A stretch of 64,000 nt of DNA from an uncultured Christensenellaceae bacterium (GCA_964607965.1 CAZSMH010000001.1:20132-84131); one strand, 5' to 3'. Numbered from the stretch's first letter, positions 44,953 through 55,118 are shown. A program made the numbers and translations. Notes: generated by a model not told the origin, from the sequence alone.

Positions 44953-46272
44953 ATGTTCCCCAAAACTCAAATCTATAAAAACGCACTGAAAGATAAATCT
45001 TTTCTGGAATATGGCGGCAGGGTAAACCAGGTATATGGATTGACGGTCGAAGCTGTCGGTATGTCTGCAAAGCTCGGCGATATATGCCGTATATATACGG
45101 ATAACAAGGATCAGTATGTTCTGGCCGAAGTAGTCGGTTTTAAGGAAAAAAAGGTGCTGCTGATGCCTTTCGGGGAATTATCTGGAGTGGGACCTAACAG
45201 CTATGTAGTGTCCGACGACAGAGCGCTCAGCGTTGCTGTGGGGAGGGGATTCTGCGGCCGCGTGCTTGACGGGCTTGGCAACCCTATGGACGGGCAGAGC
45301 CCGGTACAGGCGGAGGGGTTCTACCCGATAATGAATGCGCCGCCCAGCCCGCTTGAAAGACGGCGTATTACGGAACGGCTGACGCTGGGGATAAAAGCAA
45401 TAGATTCCATGCTTACACTGGGAAAAGGACAGAGGATAGGAATTTTTGCAGGAAGCGGGGTCGGTAAAAGCACATTGATGGGTATGATTGCGCGCAACAC
45501 ATCGGCGGACATAAACATAATTGTGCTTATTGGGGAAAGAGGGCGCGAAGTACGCGATTTTATAGAAAAGGATTTACAGGAAGAGGGCCTATCGCGTTCT
45601 GTGCTTATTGTGGCTACTTCCGACCAGCCTGCGCTTGTTCGTTTAAAATCCGCTATGGTGGGAACCGCGATGGCTGAGTATTTCCGCGATCAGGGAATGG
45701 ACGTAATGCTTATGATGGACTCCCTGACAAGGTTTGCTATGGCACAAAGGGAGATTGGCATGGCTATAGGCGAGCCGCCGGTATCAAGAGGATTTACGCC
45801 GTCTGTATATGCTATTATGCCAAAGCTTCTGGAACGTGCGGGAATGTGCAGCCGCGGGTCAATCACCGGGCTTTATACCGTTCTTGTTGAAGGCGATGAT
45901 CTTGATGAACCTATTTCAGATACGGTAAGGGGAATACTCGACGGTCATATTGTACTTTCGAGAAAGATGGCAAACAACAACCATTATCCGGCGATAGATG
46001 TATTGCAAAGCGTAAGCCGTCTTATGCCGGATGTTATGAGCGAGGAAGACCAGAAAAAGACTTCTTATATAAAGGGAGTGCTGGCCACATACAGGGACGC
46101 TCAGGATCTTATTTCCATTGGCGCGTACAAGCCGGGGTCAAGTGCAAAGATAGACGAGGCTATAGCAATGATCGACTCAATAAACGATTTGCTTATGCAG
46201 CAAGTGCCGGAGAGGTTTACATTTGAGCAGACAATGGAAATTGTAAATGAAATATATGAGATGAGAGCTTAA
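44953..46272 (+). CDS. fliI: Flagellum-specific ATPase FliI
   Basis: Walker A GSGVGKST and Walker B VMLMMDSLTRFA; F1-ATPase beta-like. Confidence 0.97.
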   Translation: MFPKTQIYKNALKDKSFLEYGGRVNQVYGLTVEAVGMSAKLGDICRIYTDNKDQYVLAEVVGFKEKKVLLMPFGELSGVGPNSYVVSDDRALSVAVGRGFCGRVLDGLGNPMDGQSPVQAEGFYPIMNAPPSPLERRRITERLTLGIKAIDSMLTLGKGQRIGIFAGSGVGKSTLMGMIARNTSADINIIVLIGERGREVRDFIEKDLQEEGLSRSVLIVATSDQPALVRLKSAMVGTAMAEYFRDQGMDVMLMMDSLTRFAMAQREIGMAIGEPPVSRGFTPSVYAIMPKLLERAGMCSRGSITGLYTVLVEGDDLDEPISDTVRGILDGHIVLSRKMANNNHYPAIDVLQSVSRLMPDVMSEEDQKKTSYIKGVLATYRDAQDLISIGAYKPGSSAKIDEAIAMIDSINDLLMQQVPERFTFEQTMEIVNEIYEMRA

Positions 46273-46276
46273 AAAA

Positions 46277-46717
46277 ATGAAGCAGTTTGTATTCACGCTG
46301 CAGCAATGGTATGACCTGCAGGTGGGGACGGAAAAACAGTATAAGATGCAGATTAGTCTGCTGGACAAACAGATTTCTTCCTGCAGGAACGAGCTTGGTT
46401 TTCTGGCCGGCTGTTTTGACAGGACAAAAGCTGAATACTGTGGTGCGGTATCTTTGGGTATGCTGGCATTGCGCGCAGGTGATTACGGCCGTTATTTTGA
46501 ATGCACAAAACTTCAGATGGCAGCCGTACAATCACAGATAGATAGGCTCGAGAACGAAAAGGAGCAATGGTATAAAAAACTAGTGCAGGTGCGCAGAGAA
46601 ATAAAATTGCTGGATAAGCTGTATGAAAAGCAGTACAAAGAGTATCTTGACGAAGTCAAAAAAGAAAACGGCAAGTTTATAGACGATATGGTTTCATATA
46701 GAGTAACAGTTTCATAA
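46277..46717 (+). CDS. fliJ: Flagellar export chaperone/stalk protein FliJ
   Basis: 146-aa coiled-coil protein immediately after fliI. Confidence 0.75.
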   Translation: MKQFVFTLQQWYDLQVGTEKQYKMQISLLDKQISSCRNELGFLAGCFDRTKAEYCGAVSLGMLALRAGDYGRYFECTKLQMAAVQSQIDRLENEKEQWYKKLVQVRREIKLLDKLYEKQYKEYLDEVKKENGKFIDDMVSYRVTVS

Positions 46718-46727
46718 AGGATGGGTT

Positions 46728-47444
46728 ATGCAGGAAGATATTATAGAAAAAGAGCAGGAAGCTTCAAAAGAGCCTAAAAAGGTCCCTAAACCGCCAAAAG
46801 AACCAAAGATACCGAAAGCGAAACCCGAGAAGCCGGCCAAAGCCGCAGTAAAGAAACCAGTGACAAAATCTGCGGGGCACAAAGCCGGCAAATCATCGGG
46901 CGGAGCAATCGCGTGCATTTTTTTAGTTGTTCTGGTTTTAGCGGGCGCGATGATTGTTTATTTTAATGTCGGTGGTTCGGCAGAGGCTGTTGTTGCAATT
47001 TTAAAAGACAATATTCAGGCAGACGAAGAGGTCTACGAAGGGCCTTCGGCCGAAGAATTGGAAAAAAAGCAGGCTGAACTAAATAAATTGGAACAAACAC
47101 TTGAGAAAAGGAAGAAAAATATCGATAGAAAAGAAGATGATGTTTCTGCGCAGGAAAAAGATTTAAGCGAACGTGAGAAAACGCTTACCCAGCAGCTTGA
47201 AGATTTTAAAACCGAATCCGAGAAAGTGTATGCGCTTGCGCAGGCTCAGGCAGAGTTAAAAGCTACAGCTCAGGTATTTGAAAAGATGGATGTTCAAAAG
47301 GCTGCTGATGCAATCAGCAAGCTTAAACCGGTATCCCGTATTGCCGACTTATTTAAAGCGATGAACGAAGAAAAAGCGGCGCAGATACTGGATAAGATGA
47401 GTTCAAAACTTGCAACAAGTGTTTTATCAGCAATGATGAAATAA
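46728..47444 (+). CDS. YlxF-like flagellar protein with MgtE_N-like C-terminal domain
   Basis: Lys/Pro-rich N-terminus, one TM (IACIFLVVLVLAGAMIVYF), coiled coil, C-terminus FEKMD.QKAA..+..L.......L...M.E.KAA.IL..M. Same slot as B. subtilis ylxF. Confidence 0.65.
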   Translation: MQEDIIEKEQEASKEPKKVPKPPKEPKIPKAKPEKPAKAAVKKPVTKSAGHKAGKSSGGAIACIFLVVLVLAGAMIVYFNVGGSAEAVVAILKDNIQADEEVYEGPSAEELEKKQAELNKLEQTLEKRKKNIDRKEDDVSAQEKDLSEREKTLTQQLEDFKTESEKVYALAQAQAELKATAQVFEKMDVQKAADAISKLKPVSRIADLFKAMNEEKAAQILDKMSSKLATSVLSAMMK

Positions 47445-47495
47445 AAAAGGAGGTGCCAGTTAATAAAAATTAAATAGTTAAGGAGGGATGAACAA

Positions 47496-48938
47496 TTGAA
47501 TGCAACACCGGTGTTTGCAGAAACACCAAACGTTGCGGCTCCCACACCGCCTTGTTGCGGCAGCGGCTTAAAACAGACTAAGGTCAAGCCGATTTCAGCA
47601 GAATTTAAGCAGCAGCTTAAAAACTGTCTTGAAAACGAATACGCGGCTATCGCACAGGCGCTTTTTGGAAGCTGCAGCACAGATGATAACAGCATGGTCG
47701 TCAATTCCACAGCACAAACCGGAATTGCTGGCATTCTCGAAGGATTCGGATTGCTGGATTATCAAACAGACGCCCTCTTTGTACCCGAGCATGATGTTCC
47801 GTCAGCGTTGCCTAAAGAAGCACAGGGGCATACGGTTGCCGCTGATATGGCAGCCGTGCTTTCGAAATGGATGCAGGTTAACGAGAAACCAACGGGGAGT
47901 GGAATGTCTGAGCAATTTGCATGGATGCTATCTAACAAACAGTTCAATACTCTGCCGCCTGACACGCAGCAGCAGATATTGAGCATAGTAAAAGAGTATC
48001 TGGGCTCCCTCGAGAGTACCAACAGCGACAAAACCGTTAACGCGGCGGCGTGCCAAACAACTTTGCCGAATACAGACAGCGCACAAGATTTGCTCAAATT
48101 GCTGCTGCATATAAAAACGGTGCAAAATCCGGCGCCAAACGCGGAAACATTGTCGGCTGACAGTTCTGATAGTAAGCCGATTGTTTTGCAGCGCCCTGTA
48201 GAGGAAAATGCGCAAACTGCGGGCAAAGCTGCTGTTTTTAAAGACAGCCCGGGTAGTGTTCAGGATGCCGCGGATAAAACTGCAAAGCCTCAAGCGCAAA
48301 TAAAAGACGTCGGCACATCAAACACAGCGCAGCAGAGCGAAGACGGAAATCCAAAGGCTGCATCTGCGGCTGTGAGTCTTCAGGCCGGCGTTGATGGAAC
48401 GGCGGCGGCATCAAGCAGCGTACAAAAGGCAGATGCTTCAACCGCAACTGCTAAGGAAAGCGCAGCGCCACAGCTTTCGTCTGAGCAGCCCGATTTTGTC
48501 AGGGACAATGTCGTGCGTATTGTTGACAAGATAAGTACGCAGTTCGAAGGCGGCCGGCACGAGTTTGATGTAGAACTAAAGCCGGAGTATCTTGGCAAGT
48601 TAAACATTAAGCTTGTAATGGAAAACGGCAACATTCGGATGGCTATAAAATCAGGCGATTTAGCAGTCAAAGGAATGATATGCGATCAGGCGCCGGCTTT
48701 ACAGAATCTGCTGAGAGACAAGGGAATAACCGTAACGAGTATAGACATCTCTTACCAGAGCAACGAATCATTAGCGGACGGCGGCTACGAAGCCCACAGG
48801 CAAAACGGCCGTCAAAGCGGCGGTAATAAAGGCAGCGGAAGTTCTTTAGAGTGGCTGACCGGAACCGGTCTTTATGATGCGATGTCGGGGGCTGCGGATT
48901 ATTATCTTTACGGCAGCTCTTTCGAGTATTTAGCCTAA
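47496..48938 (+). CDS. fliK: Flagellar hook-length control protein FliK
   Basis: TTG start 8 nt after an AGGAGGG SD; Q/A/S/T/P-rich ruler region; C-terminal Flg_hook domain (EFDVELKPEYLGKLNIKLVMENGNIRMAI...). Confidence 0.85.
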   Translation: MNATPVFAETPNVAAPTPPCCGSGLKQTKVKPISAEFKQQLKNCLENEYAAIAQALFGSCSTDDNSMVVNSTAQTGIAGILEGFGLLDYQTDALFVPEHDVPSALPKEAQGHTVAADMAAVLSKWMQVNEKPTGSGMSEQFAWMLSNKQFNTLPPDTQQQILSIVKEYLGSLESTNSDKTVNAAACQTTLPNTDSAQDLLKLLLHIKTVQNPAPNAETLSADSSDSKPIVLQRPVEENAQTAGKAAVFKDSPGSVQDAADKTAKPQAQIKDVGTSNTAQQSEDGNPKAASAAVSLQAGVDGTAAASSSVQKADASTATAKESAAPQLSSEQPDFVRDNVVRIVDKISTQFEGGRHEFDVELKPEYLGKLNIKLVMENGNIRMAIKSGDLAVKGMICDQAPALQNLLRDKGITVTSIDISYQSNESLADGGYEAHRQNGRQSGGNKGSGSSLEWLTGTGLYDAMSGAADYYLYGSSFEYLA

Positions 48939-48953
48939 TAAGGAGGCGTTTTT

Positions 48954-49553
48954 ATGCCAGTAGAACAAACAACTGCTACGGCGTCAACTCTAAGGACGTT
49001 CGAAAGCTTAAACGGTACAGGTAACAGCAATAACATGTCCCAGCAGGACTTTCTGAAAATATTGGTGGCTCAAATGGCTAATCAGGACCCACTTGAGCCG
49101 GCAGGACACGGAGAGTTTCTTGCGCAGATGGCTCAGTTTTCATTACTGGAGGGTTTTCAGTCTTTAAGCCAGAGCTTTGAGACAAGCCAGGCTTACAGCA
49201 TGATTGGCAAATATGTTTACATAGAGGATTCCGCCGGGTTGATTTTCGGCAAAGTTGACGGAGTTGTCAATGAAAAAGGAATCAACTATTTGCTTGTTGG
49301 CGGTGAGACGTATAACGCCGTTAAAGTCACAGGGGTTATGGACCCTTCAAGCATTGAAAACAATTTGGATACAAAAATATTGCAGGGAGCTAATTTGATT
49401 GGGAAAACAGTATCGGCAGATATTAAAGCCGAAGACGACACGGTTACGACAATTTCCGGTCAGGTAGAAAAGCTCATAATAAAGGACGGCAGCATATTCG
49501 CTGTTGTAAACGGGCAGAACATTCCCGTGTCCAGTATAACTCAAATTGCATAA
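48954..49553 (+). CDS. flgD: Hook capping/assembly protein FlgD
   Basis: SQQDFLKILVAQMANQDPLEP.....F.AQMAQFS.LEG. Confidence 0.95.
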   Translation: MPVEQTTATASTLRTFESLNGTGNSNNMSQQDFLKILVAQMANQDPLEPAGHGEFLAQMAQFSLLEGFQSLSQSFETSQAYSMIGKYVYIEDSAGLIFGKVDGVVNEKGINYLLVGGETYNAVKVTGVMDPSSIENNLDTKILQGANLIGKTVSADIKAEDDTVTTISGQVEKLIIKDGSIFAVVNGQNIPVSSITQIA

Positions 49554-49571
49554 TACAGGAGGAACACAACT

Positions 49572-50414
49572 ATGATGCGTTCATTGTATTCCGGTGTTAC
49601 CGGTCTTAGAAACCATCAGACAAAAATGGATGTTATAGGAAACAATATTTCAAACGTAAACACGATAGGCTATAAATCGAGCCGCGTGATATTTCAGGAC
49701 ATATACAGCCAGACAATCAAACCGGCTTCCACAACGGGCACCGGTTCGGGCGGAACAAACCCGCAGCAGATAGGCCTTGGCGTTCAGGTTGCCACAATCG
49801 ATGTGCTGCATACCAAGTCTACGCCGCAGTATACGGGTAATTCGCTTGACCTGTCAATAGAAGGCGACGGCTACTTTATTATGTCCAGTGACGGGCAGCT
49901 GTCGTATACGCGTGCCGGCAACTTCTATCAGGATGTTAATCACTATCTTGTAGATGCAAACGGAGCATACGTTCAAGGTTATGAAGTAGATTTAAACGGA
50001 GCGCTTGTTCTCGACGGCGGAGGCGATCCCATACCAACCAATATTTACCTAGACCCTAATTATTATGATATTTCAATCAACAGCAGCGGCCAGGTGGTAG
50101 GTATTGACCAGGCGACCAACCAAAGCCAGGTGATAGGACAGATAACCTTGGCGACTTTCGCTAACCCGAACGGCTTAGAGAAGGTAGGGCAGAACACATA
50201 CAGGGTAACGGTAAACTCGGGCACTGAGGTTCGCCATACACCGGGCGTTGGTACCGGAGGTCTTCTTAATCCGGGTACGCTGGAAATGTCAAACGTAGAC
50301 TTGACAAGTGAGTTTGCGGACATGATTGTAACGCAGAGGGGCTTTCAGGCCAACTCAAGAATTATCACCACTACAGACCAAATGCTCGAGGAACTTGTTA
50401 ACATGGTACGATAA
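49572..50414 (+). CDS. flgE: Flagellar hook protein FlgE (short Firmicute type, 280 aa)
   Basis: MMRSLYSGVTGLRNHQTKMDVIGNNISNVNTIGYK ... LEMSNVDLTSEFADMIVTQRGFQANSR. Confidence 0.9.
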   Translation: MMRSLYSGVTGLRNHQTKMDVIGNNISNVNTIGYKSSRVIFQDIYSQTIKPASTTGTGSGGTNPQQIGLGVQVATIDVLHTKSTPQYTGNSLDLSIEGDGYFIMSSDGQLSYTRAGNFYQDVNHYLVDANGAYVQGYEVDLNGALVLDGGGDPIPTNIYLDPNYYDISINSSGQVVGIDQATNQSQVIGQITLATFANPNGLEKVGQNTYRVTVNSGTEVRHTPGVGTGGLLNPGTLEMSNVDLTSEFADMIVTQRGFQANSRIITTTDQMLEELVNMVR

Positions 50415-50426
50415 CGGCTAACTAAA

Positions 50427-50458
50427 GCGGCGTGCGGCGTGGCGCACGGCCACGCTGC
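50427..50458 (+). other. GC-rich intercistronic hairpin without a U-tract, between flgE and flbD
   Basis: GCGGCGUG (50427-34) pairs with CACGCUGC (50451-58); an alternative inner stem is CGUGCG (50431-36)/CGCACG (50443-48). Local GC is far above the surroundings. Confidence 0.5.
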
Positions 50459-50486
50459 ACAGATTCTTTGAGAAAGGAATGATGAA

Positions 50487-50690
50487 ATGATCCGCGTTCA
50501 CCGTTTAAACAACCAGGAATTTTTAGTAAACTGCGAGCTTATTGAGTTTGTAGAGGAAACACCAAATACAGTGGTTTCGATGGTTTCAGGCAGAAAACTT
50601 GTGGTATCGGAAACAACAGTTGAAATACAGAAGCTGATTATAGAATATAAGCGAAAAATATTTTGCGCTGAAACTCCGGAAGAAAAATAA
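50487..50690 (+). CDS. flbD: Flagellar protein FlbD
   Basis: MIRVHRLNNQEF.+N..LIEFVEETP+TV+S...G.K++V.E is the FlbD signature; upstream of motA. Confidence 0.9.
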   Translation: MIRVHRLNNQEFLVNCELIEFVEETPNTVVSMVSGRKLVVSETTVEIQKLIIEYKRKIFCAETPEEK

Positions 50691-50706
50691 CTAGGGGAGT
50701 ATTGAT

Positions 50707-51498
50707 GTGGAAAAAACAACGGTATCGGGCATAATAATTGGATTTGCATGCATAATAATATCTATTTATCTTTCAGGTACTATAGATTCATTTATTGACC
50801 CTGCATCGGTTCTCATTACTGTTGGCGGTACAATTGCCTCAACAATCGTATCCTATCCCGGAAAAATGCTAAAATCACTTAAAACCGTTTACACAAATGC
50901 ATTTAAAAAAGTAAAAGTAGACTTAAACGAGGATATAGAATTAATCATACAAATTGCAAATATAGCGCGGCGTGAAGGCTTGCTGGCATTGGAAGACGCA
51001 ATGGAAGAGATTGAGAATCCGTTTTTAAAGAAGGGTATTATGCTTATAGTTGACGGGGCGGATACTGAACTGGTAAAAAGCATACTTCAGACGGAGATTG
51101 CGTTCATTCAGGAAAGGCATTCACAGGGACAGGCAATTATATTAAGCATGGCCGGTTATGCACCCGCTTTCGGCATGATTGGAACGCTTATCGGGCTTAT
51201 CAATATGCTTAAGAATTTATCTGATTACGGTTCGCTCGGACCGAATATGGCAATTGCGCTTGTTACAACATTCTACGGTGTCGTTCTTGCAAACTTGGTA
51301 TTTACACCGATTGCAAAGAAACTGAAAGCCCAAAGCGATGCGGAGAGCCTGCAAAAAGAACTATATATGGAAGGCTTGCTTTCTATACAGGACGGCGAGA
51401 ATCCGCGTATTATTAAAGATAAACTGACCTCGTTCCTAGCACGCAGGGAGATCAGGAAAGAAGAAGAAACAAATGCAGAGGTCAAAGAGATAGAATAG
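50707..51498 (+). CDS. motA: Flagellar stator protein MotA
   Basis: GTG start after a GGGGAG SD; four TM segments; PAFGM+GT+IGL+ and ALVTTFYG motifs. Confidence 0.9.
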   Translation: MEKTTVSGIIIGFACIIISIYLSGTIDSFIDPASVLITVGGTIASTIVSYPGKMLKSLKTVYTNAFKKVKVDLNEDIELIIQIANIARREGLLALEDAMEEIENPFLKKGIMLIVDGADTELVKSILQTEIAFIQERHSQGQAIILSMAGYAPAFGMIGTLIGLINMLKNLSDYGSLGPNMAIALVTTFYGVVLANLVFTPIAKKLKAQSDAESLQKELYMEGLLSIQDGENPRIIKDKLTSFLARREIRKEEETNAEVKEIE

Positions 51499-51506
51499 GT
51501 GACAAG

Positions 51507-52268
51507 GTGAGATTCAGGAAGAAAAAAGAGGAGCTTCAGGAAGAAGGAGCGCCTGCATGGATGAATACTTACGGAGACATGGTCACTTTGCTGTTGACCT
51601 TTTTCGTGTTGCTTTTTTCTTTTTCTACAATAGATGCGCAAAAATGGGAAGAGATTGTAAGTTCGCTGTCCGGCACGCCGTTTGTGGCAATACAGGCTAT
51701 AGACCCCGGCAATGTACAGGGCGAGATAGCAAGCGAGGTAAACGCCGACCCTACTCCTACACCGTCTCCGCAATCGGATGCAAACGCTGAGGAAATAAAA
51801 GAAAGATTTGACGAATTGTATCAAAAAATAAAATCGCATATTGAGGAGAATAACCTTTCAAGTCTATTAAATGTTGAGGAGCAGGAAAATGCCATACTGA
51901 TTCGCATGTCGGATTCAGCCCTTTTTGATTCGGGTAAGGATTTTCTTAAAACCGATGCAAAAATGATACTTGGCTCGATTTGCGTGATTATTGAAGAATA
52001 CGATGATTTAATACAAAGGATTCGTATTGAGGGGCATACGGATAATGTGCCTATTCATAATTCGCGGTTCGCCGATAACTGGGAGTTATCCGCTTCAAGG
52101 GCTCTTGTTGTTGTAAGATACATGCTGAGCATGACGGATATTATACCGGCTAAGTTCATACCTATGGGATACGGTGAATATCATCCGGTGGATTCCAATG
52201 AAACTTCGGCGGGCAGAGCAAGCAACAGGCGGGTAGACTTCGTTCTTGAAAGTATTTTAAAGGAATAG
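51507..52268 (+). CDS. motB: Flagellar stator protein MotB (OmpA-like C-terminus)
   Basis: GTG start. AWMNTYGDMVTLLLTFFVLLFS plug/TM with the conserved Asp. C-terminus IEGHTDN.P......F.NWELS..RA ... NRRV. Confidence 0.9.
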   Translation: MRFRKKKEELQEEGAPAWMNTYGDMVTLLLTFFVLLFSFSTIDAQKWEEIVSSLSGTPFVAIQAIDPGNVQGEIASEVNADPTPTPSPQSDANAEEIKERFDELYQKIKSHIEENNLSSLLNVEEQENAILIRMSDSALFDSGKDFLKTDAKMILGSICVIIEEYDDLIQRIRIEGHTDNVPIHNSRFADNWELSASRALVVVRYMLSMTDIIPAKFIPMGYGEYHPVDSNETSAGRASNRRVDFVLESILKE

Positions 52269-52277
52269 GAGTTTGTT

Positions 52278-52676
52278 ATGAAAAAAGTAATAACTATTAT
52301 TGTTTTAGTTTTAATTGCGGCGGGTGCGCTAACATACTTTCTTTTTCTGGCGCCGCCGCCTGAAGTGCAAACGAGCTATTTTGTACCGGGCGATTACTTT
52401 GTAACAAATATCAAAGACAGCACAAGGTTGCTGAAAGTGACTATAGTTATTGAGCTTAGTACGACGAATCCGGATGAGACACAAGAGTATCTTACTGAGC
52501 GCAGCCACATAATACGAGATAATATTGTGTTTTTACTGAGAAGCAAAACGGAAGAAGACCTGCGCAGCAACGATATACAAAAGACTTTGCGCGAAGAGAT
52601 TGTTGACAGACTTAAAACAGAATTGAAATTAGACTACATTAACACGATATATTTCAATGATTATGTGATACAATAA
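52278..52676 (+). CDS. fliL: Flagellar basal body-associated protein FliL
   Basis: N-terminal TM followed by F+TN+.DS.R.LKV.I.+EL; position before fliM. Confidence 0.85.
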   Translation: MKKVITIIVLVLIAAGALTYFLFLAPPPEVQTSYFVPGDYFVTNIKDSTRLLKVTIVIELSTTNPDETQEYLTERSHIIRDNIVFLLRSKTEEDLRSNDIQKTLREEIVDRLKTELKLDYINTIYFNDYVIQ

Positions 52677-52712
52677 ATGTGTTTAAATAAAGCTGTTGAT
52701 AGGAGATAAACA

Positions 52713-53720
52713 TTGGCGAATATTTTATCTCAAAATGAAATAGATGAACTTTTAAGCGTACTGACTTCAGGAAAGGATGCGCCGGTCGACGAGTTTGTAG
52801 CAGAAGACCCCAAAACGGCAAAGCCTTATGATTTTCGTACTGCAAATAAGTTCTCCAAGGAACAGATACGTACGCTTCATTTTATTTACGATAACTACGC
52901 CAGCAGGCTTTCTACCTATTTATCGGGCACACTGCGTACACTCTGTGAGGTTGACGTTATTTCAATTGAAGAACAGACTTTTTCTGAACTTAGCAACTCT
53001 ATGCCTTCTCCCGTGGTGGTATCTATTATCAATATGCCGCCGTTGCAGGGGTCGTCCCTGTTTGTTATTTCTTCTGCTATTTCTTATGAGATTATAAGCA
53101 GGCTCTTAGGCGGGACGGGTGAAGTGCAGGCTGTAGATAAGCCGTTCACTGAAATCGAATTATCGATTATTGAGCGCGTAATAAAAAAGGTTTTATCTTT
53201 GATGAGCGAAGCTTGGGAAAGGATAAACAAAATCAGCGTACAGCTGGACAGGATTGAAACAAGCTCACAATATGTACAAATTGTATCTGCAAATGAGCCT
53301 ATTGCCATTATTACAATGAATGTAAAAATAGGAGCAGTCTCGGATATTATTAACATATGCATACCTAATATGGCGGTACAGCCTATTGCAAAACAGTTAG
53401 TTATGAAAACCTGGTATTCTGAGCAAAACTTTAATAAAAAAGTTATGAATATTAAAGAGTTAAAGCAGGGGCTTGCCGGAGTTTCGTTGACGCTTTATAC
53501 TGTTTTTAATGAAGTAGAAGCAACAGTAAGAGATATACTCAGTACGCAGGTCGGAGACGTAATAAAAATAGCACACAATATAAGCATGCCGGTTACAGTC
53601 AATATCGAACATATTCCAAAATTTAAGGGTTTTATAGGCATGCAAGGTTCAAATTATGCGGTTAAGGTTGTGGATATTCTAAGGGAGGCACCGGATGATG
53701 AGTCAGATGTTGATGAATAA
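52713..53720 (+). CDS. fliM: Flagellar motor switch protein FliM
   Basis: TTG start after a TAGGAG SD; CheY-P-binding N-terminus LSQNEIDELL; PYDFR motif. Confidence 0.95.
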   Translation: MANILSQNEIDELLSVLTSGKDAPVDEFVAEDPKTAKPYDFRTANKFSKEQIRTLHFIYDNYASRLSTYLSGTLRTLCEVDVISIEEQTFSELSNSMPSPVVVSIINMPPLQGSSLFVISSAISYEIISRLLGGTGEVQAVDKPFTEIELSIIERVIKKVLSLMSEAWERINKISVQLDRIETSSQYVQIVSANEPIAIITMNVKIGAVSDIINICIPNMAVQPIAKQLVMKTWYSEQNFNKKVMNIKELKQGLAGVSLTLYTVFNEVEATVRDILSTQVGDVIKIAHNISMPVTVNIEHIPKFKGFIGMQGSNYAVKVVDILREAPDDESDVDE

Positions 53721-54774
53721 TAATGAAGGACAAGATGCCGCTGGTTTAACGCTCAGAGACAATGAGAAGGATGCTCTCGGCGAAATAGGAAATATTTGCA
53801 TGGGGACTTCGGCTACTACGCTATCGCAGCTTTTGGGCAAACGTGTAACAATAACCGCTCCTAAAGTCAGCCTCGTTAAAGGCAATGAGTATTTGGACGA
53901 ATATGAAAAGCCCGTAGTGGTAACAGAGGTTTCTTATACTAAAGGACTAAACGGGTTCAACATTTTTTTGATAAAAAAAGAGGATGCTCTTTCTATCACG
54001 GAAGTATTGATGGGCAGCCCGGCAGGTGCGGATGAGATGTATATAAGCGCCATAAGCGAAGTAATGAACCAGATGGTCGGGTCTTCTTCTACTGCGCTAG
54101 CGGATTTGCTGCACACAAATGTTAATATATCGCCGCCGGTAGTAAAAGAAATAATGAATAATAACGATGTAGTAAGCAAAGAGGGTCAGATGCTTATCAG
54201 AACCAGCTTTTTGCTTGAGATAGAAGATTTGCTTAAAAGTGATATACTTCAGATTATACCATTTGATTTTGGAAAGAAACTTGCATCTACTCTCATTGTG
54301 GAGGAGCCGGAACCAAAGCTGGCTTTAGAAGGACATCCCAAAACCATTGGAGTATCAAATCCCACGCTTAATATGCAGCAGCGGGCTTCGGCTGCTGCTG
54401 TGGTTACAAAGGATGCCAGAATTATGAACGATGAAAACAATGAGGGAAAAATTGAATTAAAGGAGGTTAAGTTCCAGTCTTTCAATGAAAAACCGGGCGA
54501 TTTTACATATCCCGCAGACATATCCAATATCGACCTTATAATTGATGTTCCGCTGCATGTAACGGTGGTGCTTGGGAAAAGTAAAAAAAGCATAAAGGAA
54601 ATACTCGAACTTAACCGAGGGTCTGTTATTGTGCTTGACAGGCTTGCAGGTGAAATGGTAGATGTACTTGTTAACGGCAAACTGTTTGCACGGGGCGAGG
54701 TGGTTGTAATTGAAGATAACTATGGTGTTCGGATTACAGAAATCACCTCTGATGAACCTGCCAAAGATAAGTAA
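53695..54774 (+). CDS. fliY: Flagellar motor switch/phosphatase FliY (CheC-like + FliN domains)
   Basis: DALGEIGNICMGTSATTLS and AISEVMNQMVGSS (CheC-type repeats). C-terminal FliN/SpoA domain (VTVVLGKSKKSIKEILEL..GSVI.LD.L). Confidence 0.9.
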   Translation: MMSQMLMNNNEGQDAAGLTLRDNEKDALGEIGNICMGTSATTLSQLLGKRVTITAPKVSLVKGNEYLDEYEKPVVVTEVSYTKGLNGFNIFLIKKEDALSITEVLMGSPAGADEMYISAISEVMNQMVGSSSTALADLLHTNVNISPPVVKEIMNNNDVVSKEGQMLIRTSFLLEIEDLLKSDILQIIPFDFGKKLASTLIVEEPEPKLALEGHPKTIGVSNPTLNMQQRASAAAVVTKDARIMNDENNEGKIELKEVKFQSFNEKPGDFTYPADISNIDLIIDVPLHVTVVLGKSKKSIKEILELNRGSVIVLDRLAGEMVDVLVNGKLFARGEVVVIEDNYGVRITEITSDEPAKDK

Positions 54775-54779
54775 AGCTT

Positions 54780-54813
54780 TATAACAAAGTACACCCCCTG
54801 TTCGGAGGTGCAC
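54780..54813 (-). terminator. Hairpin terminator between convergent fliY and the SASP gene
   Basis: GTACACCCCC/GGAGGTGCAC imperfect stem at 54789-54813; on the minus strand it is followed by TTTGTTAT. Confidence 0.5.
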
Positions 54814-54818
54814 CCAAG

Positions 54819-55040
54819 TCAGGTTATGCCCTTTTGCTGTTTGGCCATTGCAATCATCCGCTTGACCATTTCCCCGCCGATAGGACCGCCTTGCTGCCCG
54901 TTTACCCGGCTGGGAAGGTTGCCTTTGTATTCATCATTATTTTCTTTGCAGTATTGCGAAATGCCAAGTTCGTTAGCGCATTCAAATTTAAACTTTGTCC
55001 ACGGATGGTTTTGGTCATATTTTCGGTTCTTTGATGACAA
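54819..55040 (-). CDS. Small acid-soluble spore protein, alpha/beta type
   Basis: TTG start 7 nt after an AAAGGAGG SD. KFE.ANELGI ... G.L.SR.NG..GG.IGGEMVKRMI is the SASP alpha/beta signature. Confidence 0.85.
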   Translation of the reverse strand: MSSKNRKYDQNHPWTKFKFECANELGISQYCKENNDEYKGNLPSRVNGQQGGPIGGEMVKRMIAMAKQQKGIT

Positions 55041-55118
55041 ATTGATACCTCCTTTCTGCCAGACTGTAAATAATAAAAGTCTGATATCTATATTTTTAGC
55101 GAAAACGAAGTAATTACT

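Noticed and set aside
54808-55113. A 101-aa plus-strand ORF opposite the SASP gene.
   Set aside because: The minus-strand frame is a clear alpha/beta SASP with a strong SD. The plus frame is Cys/Pro/Phe-rich with no SD.
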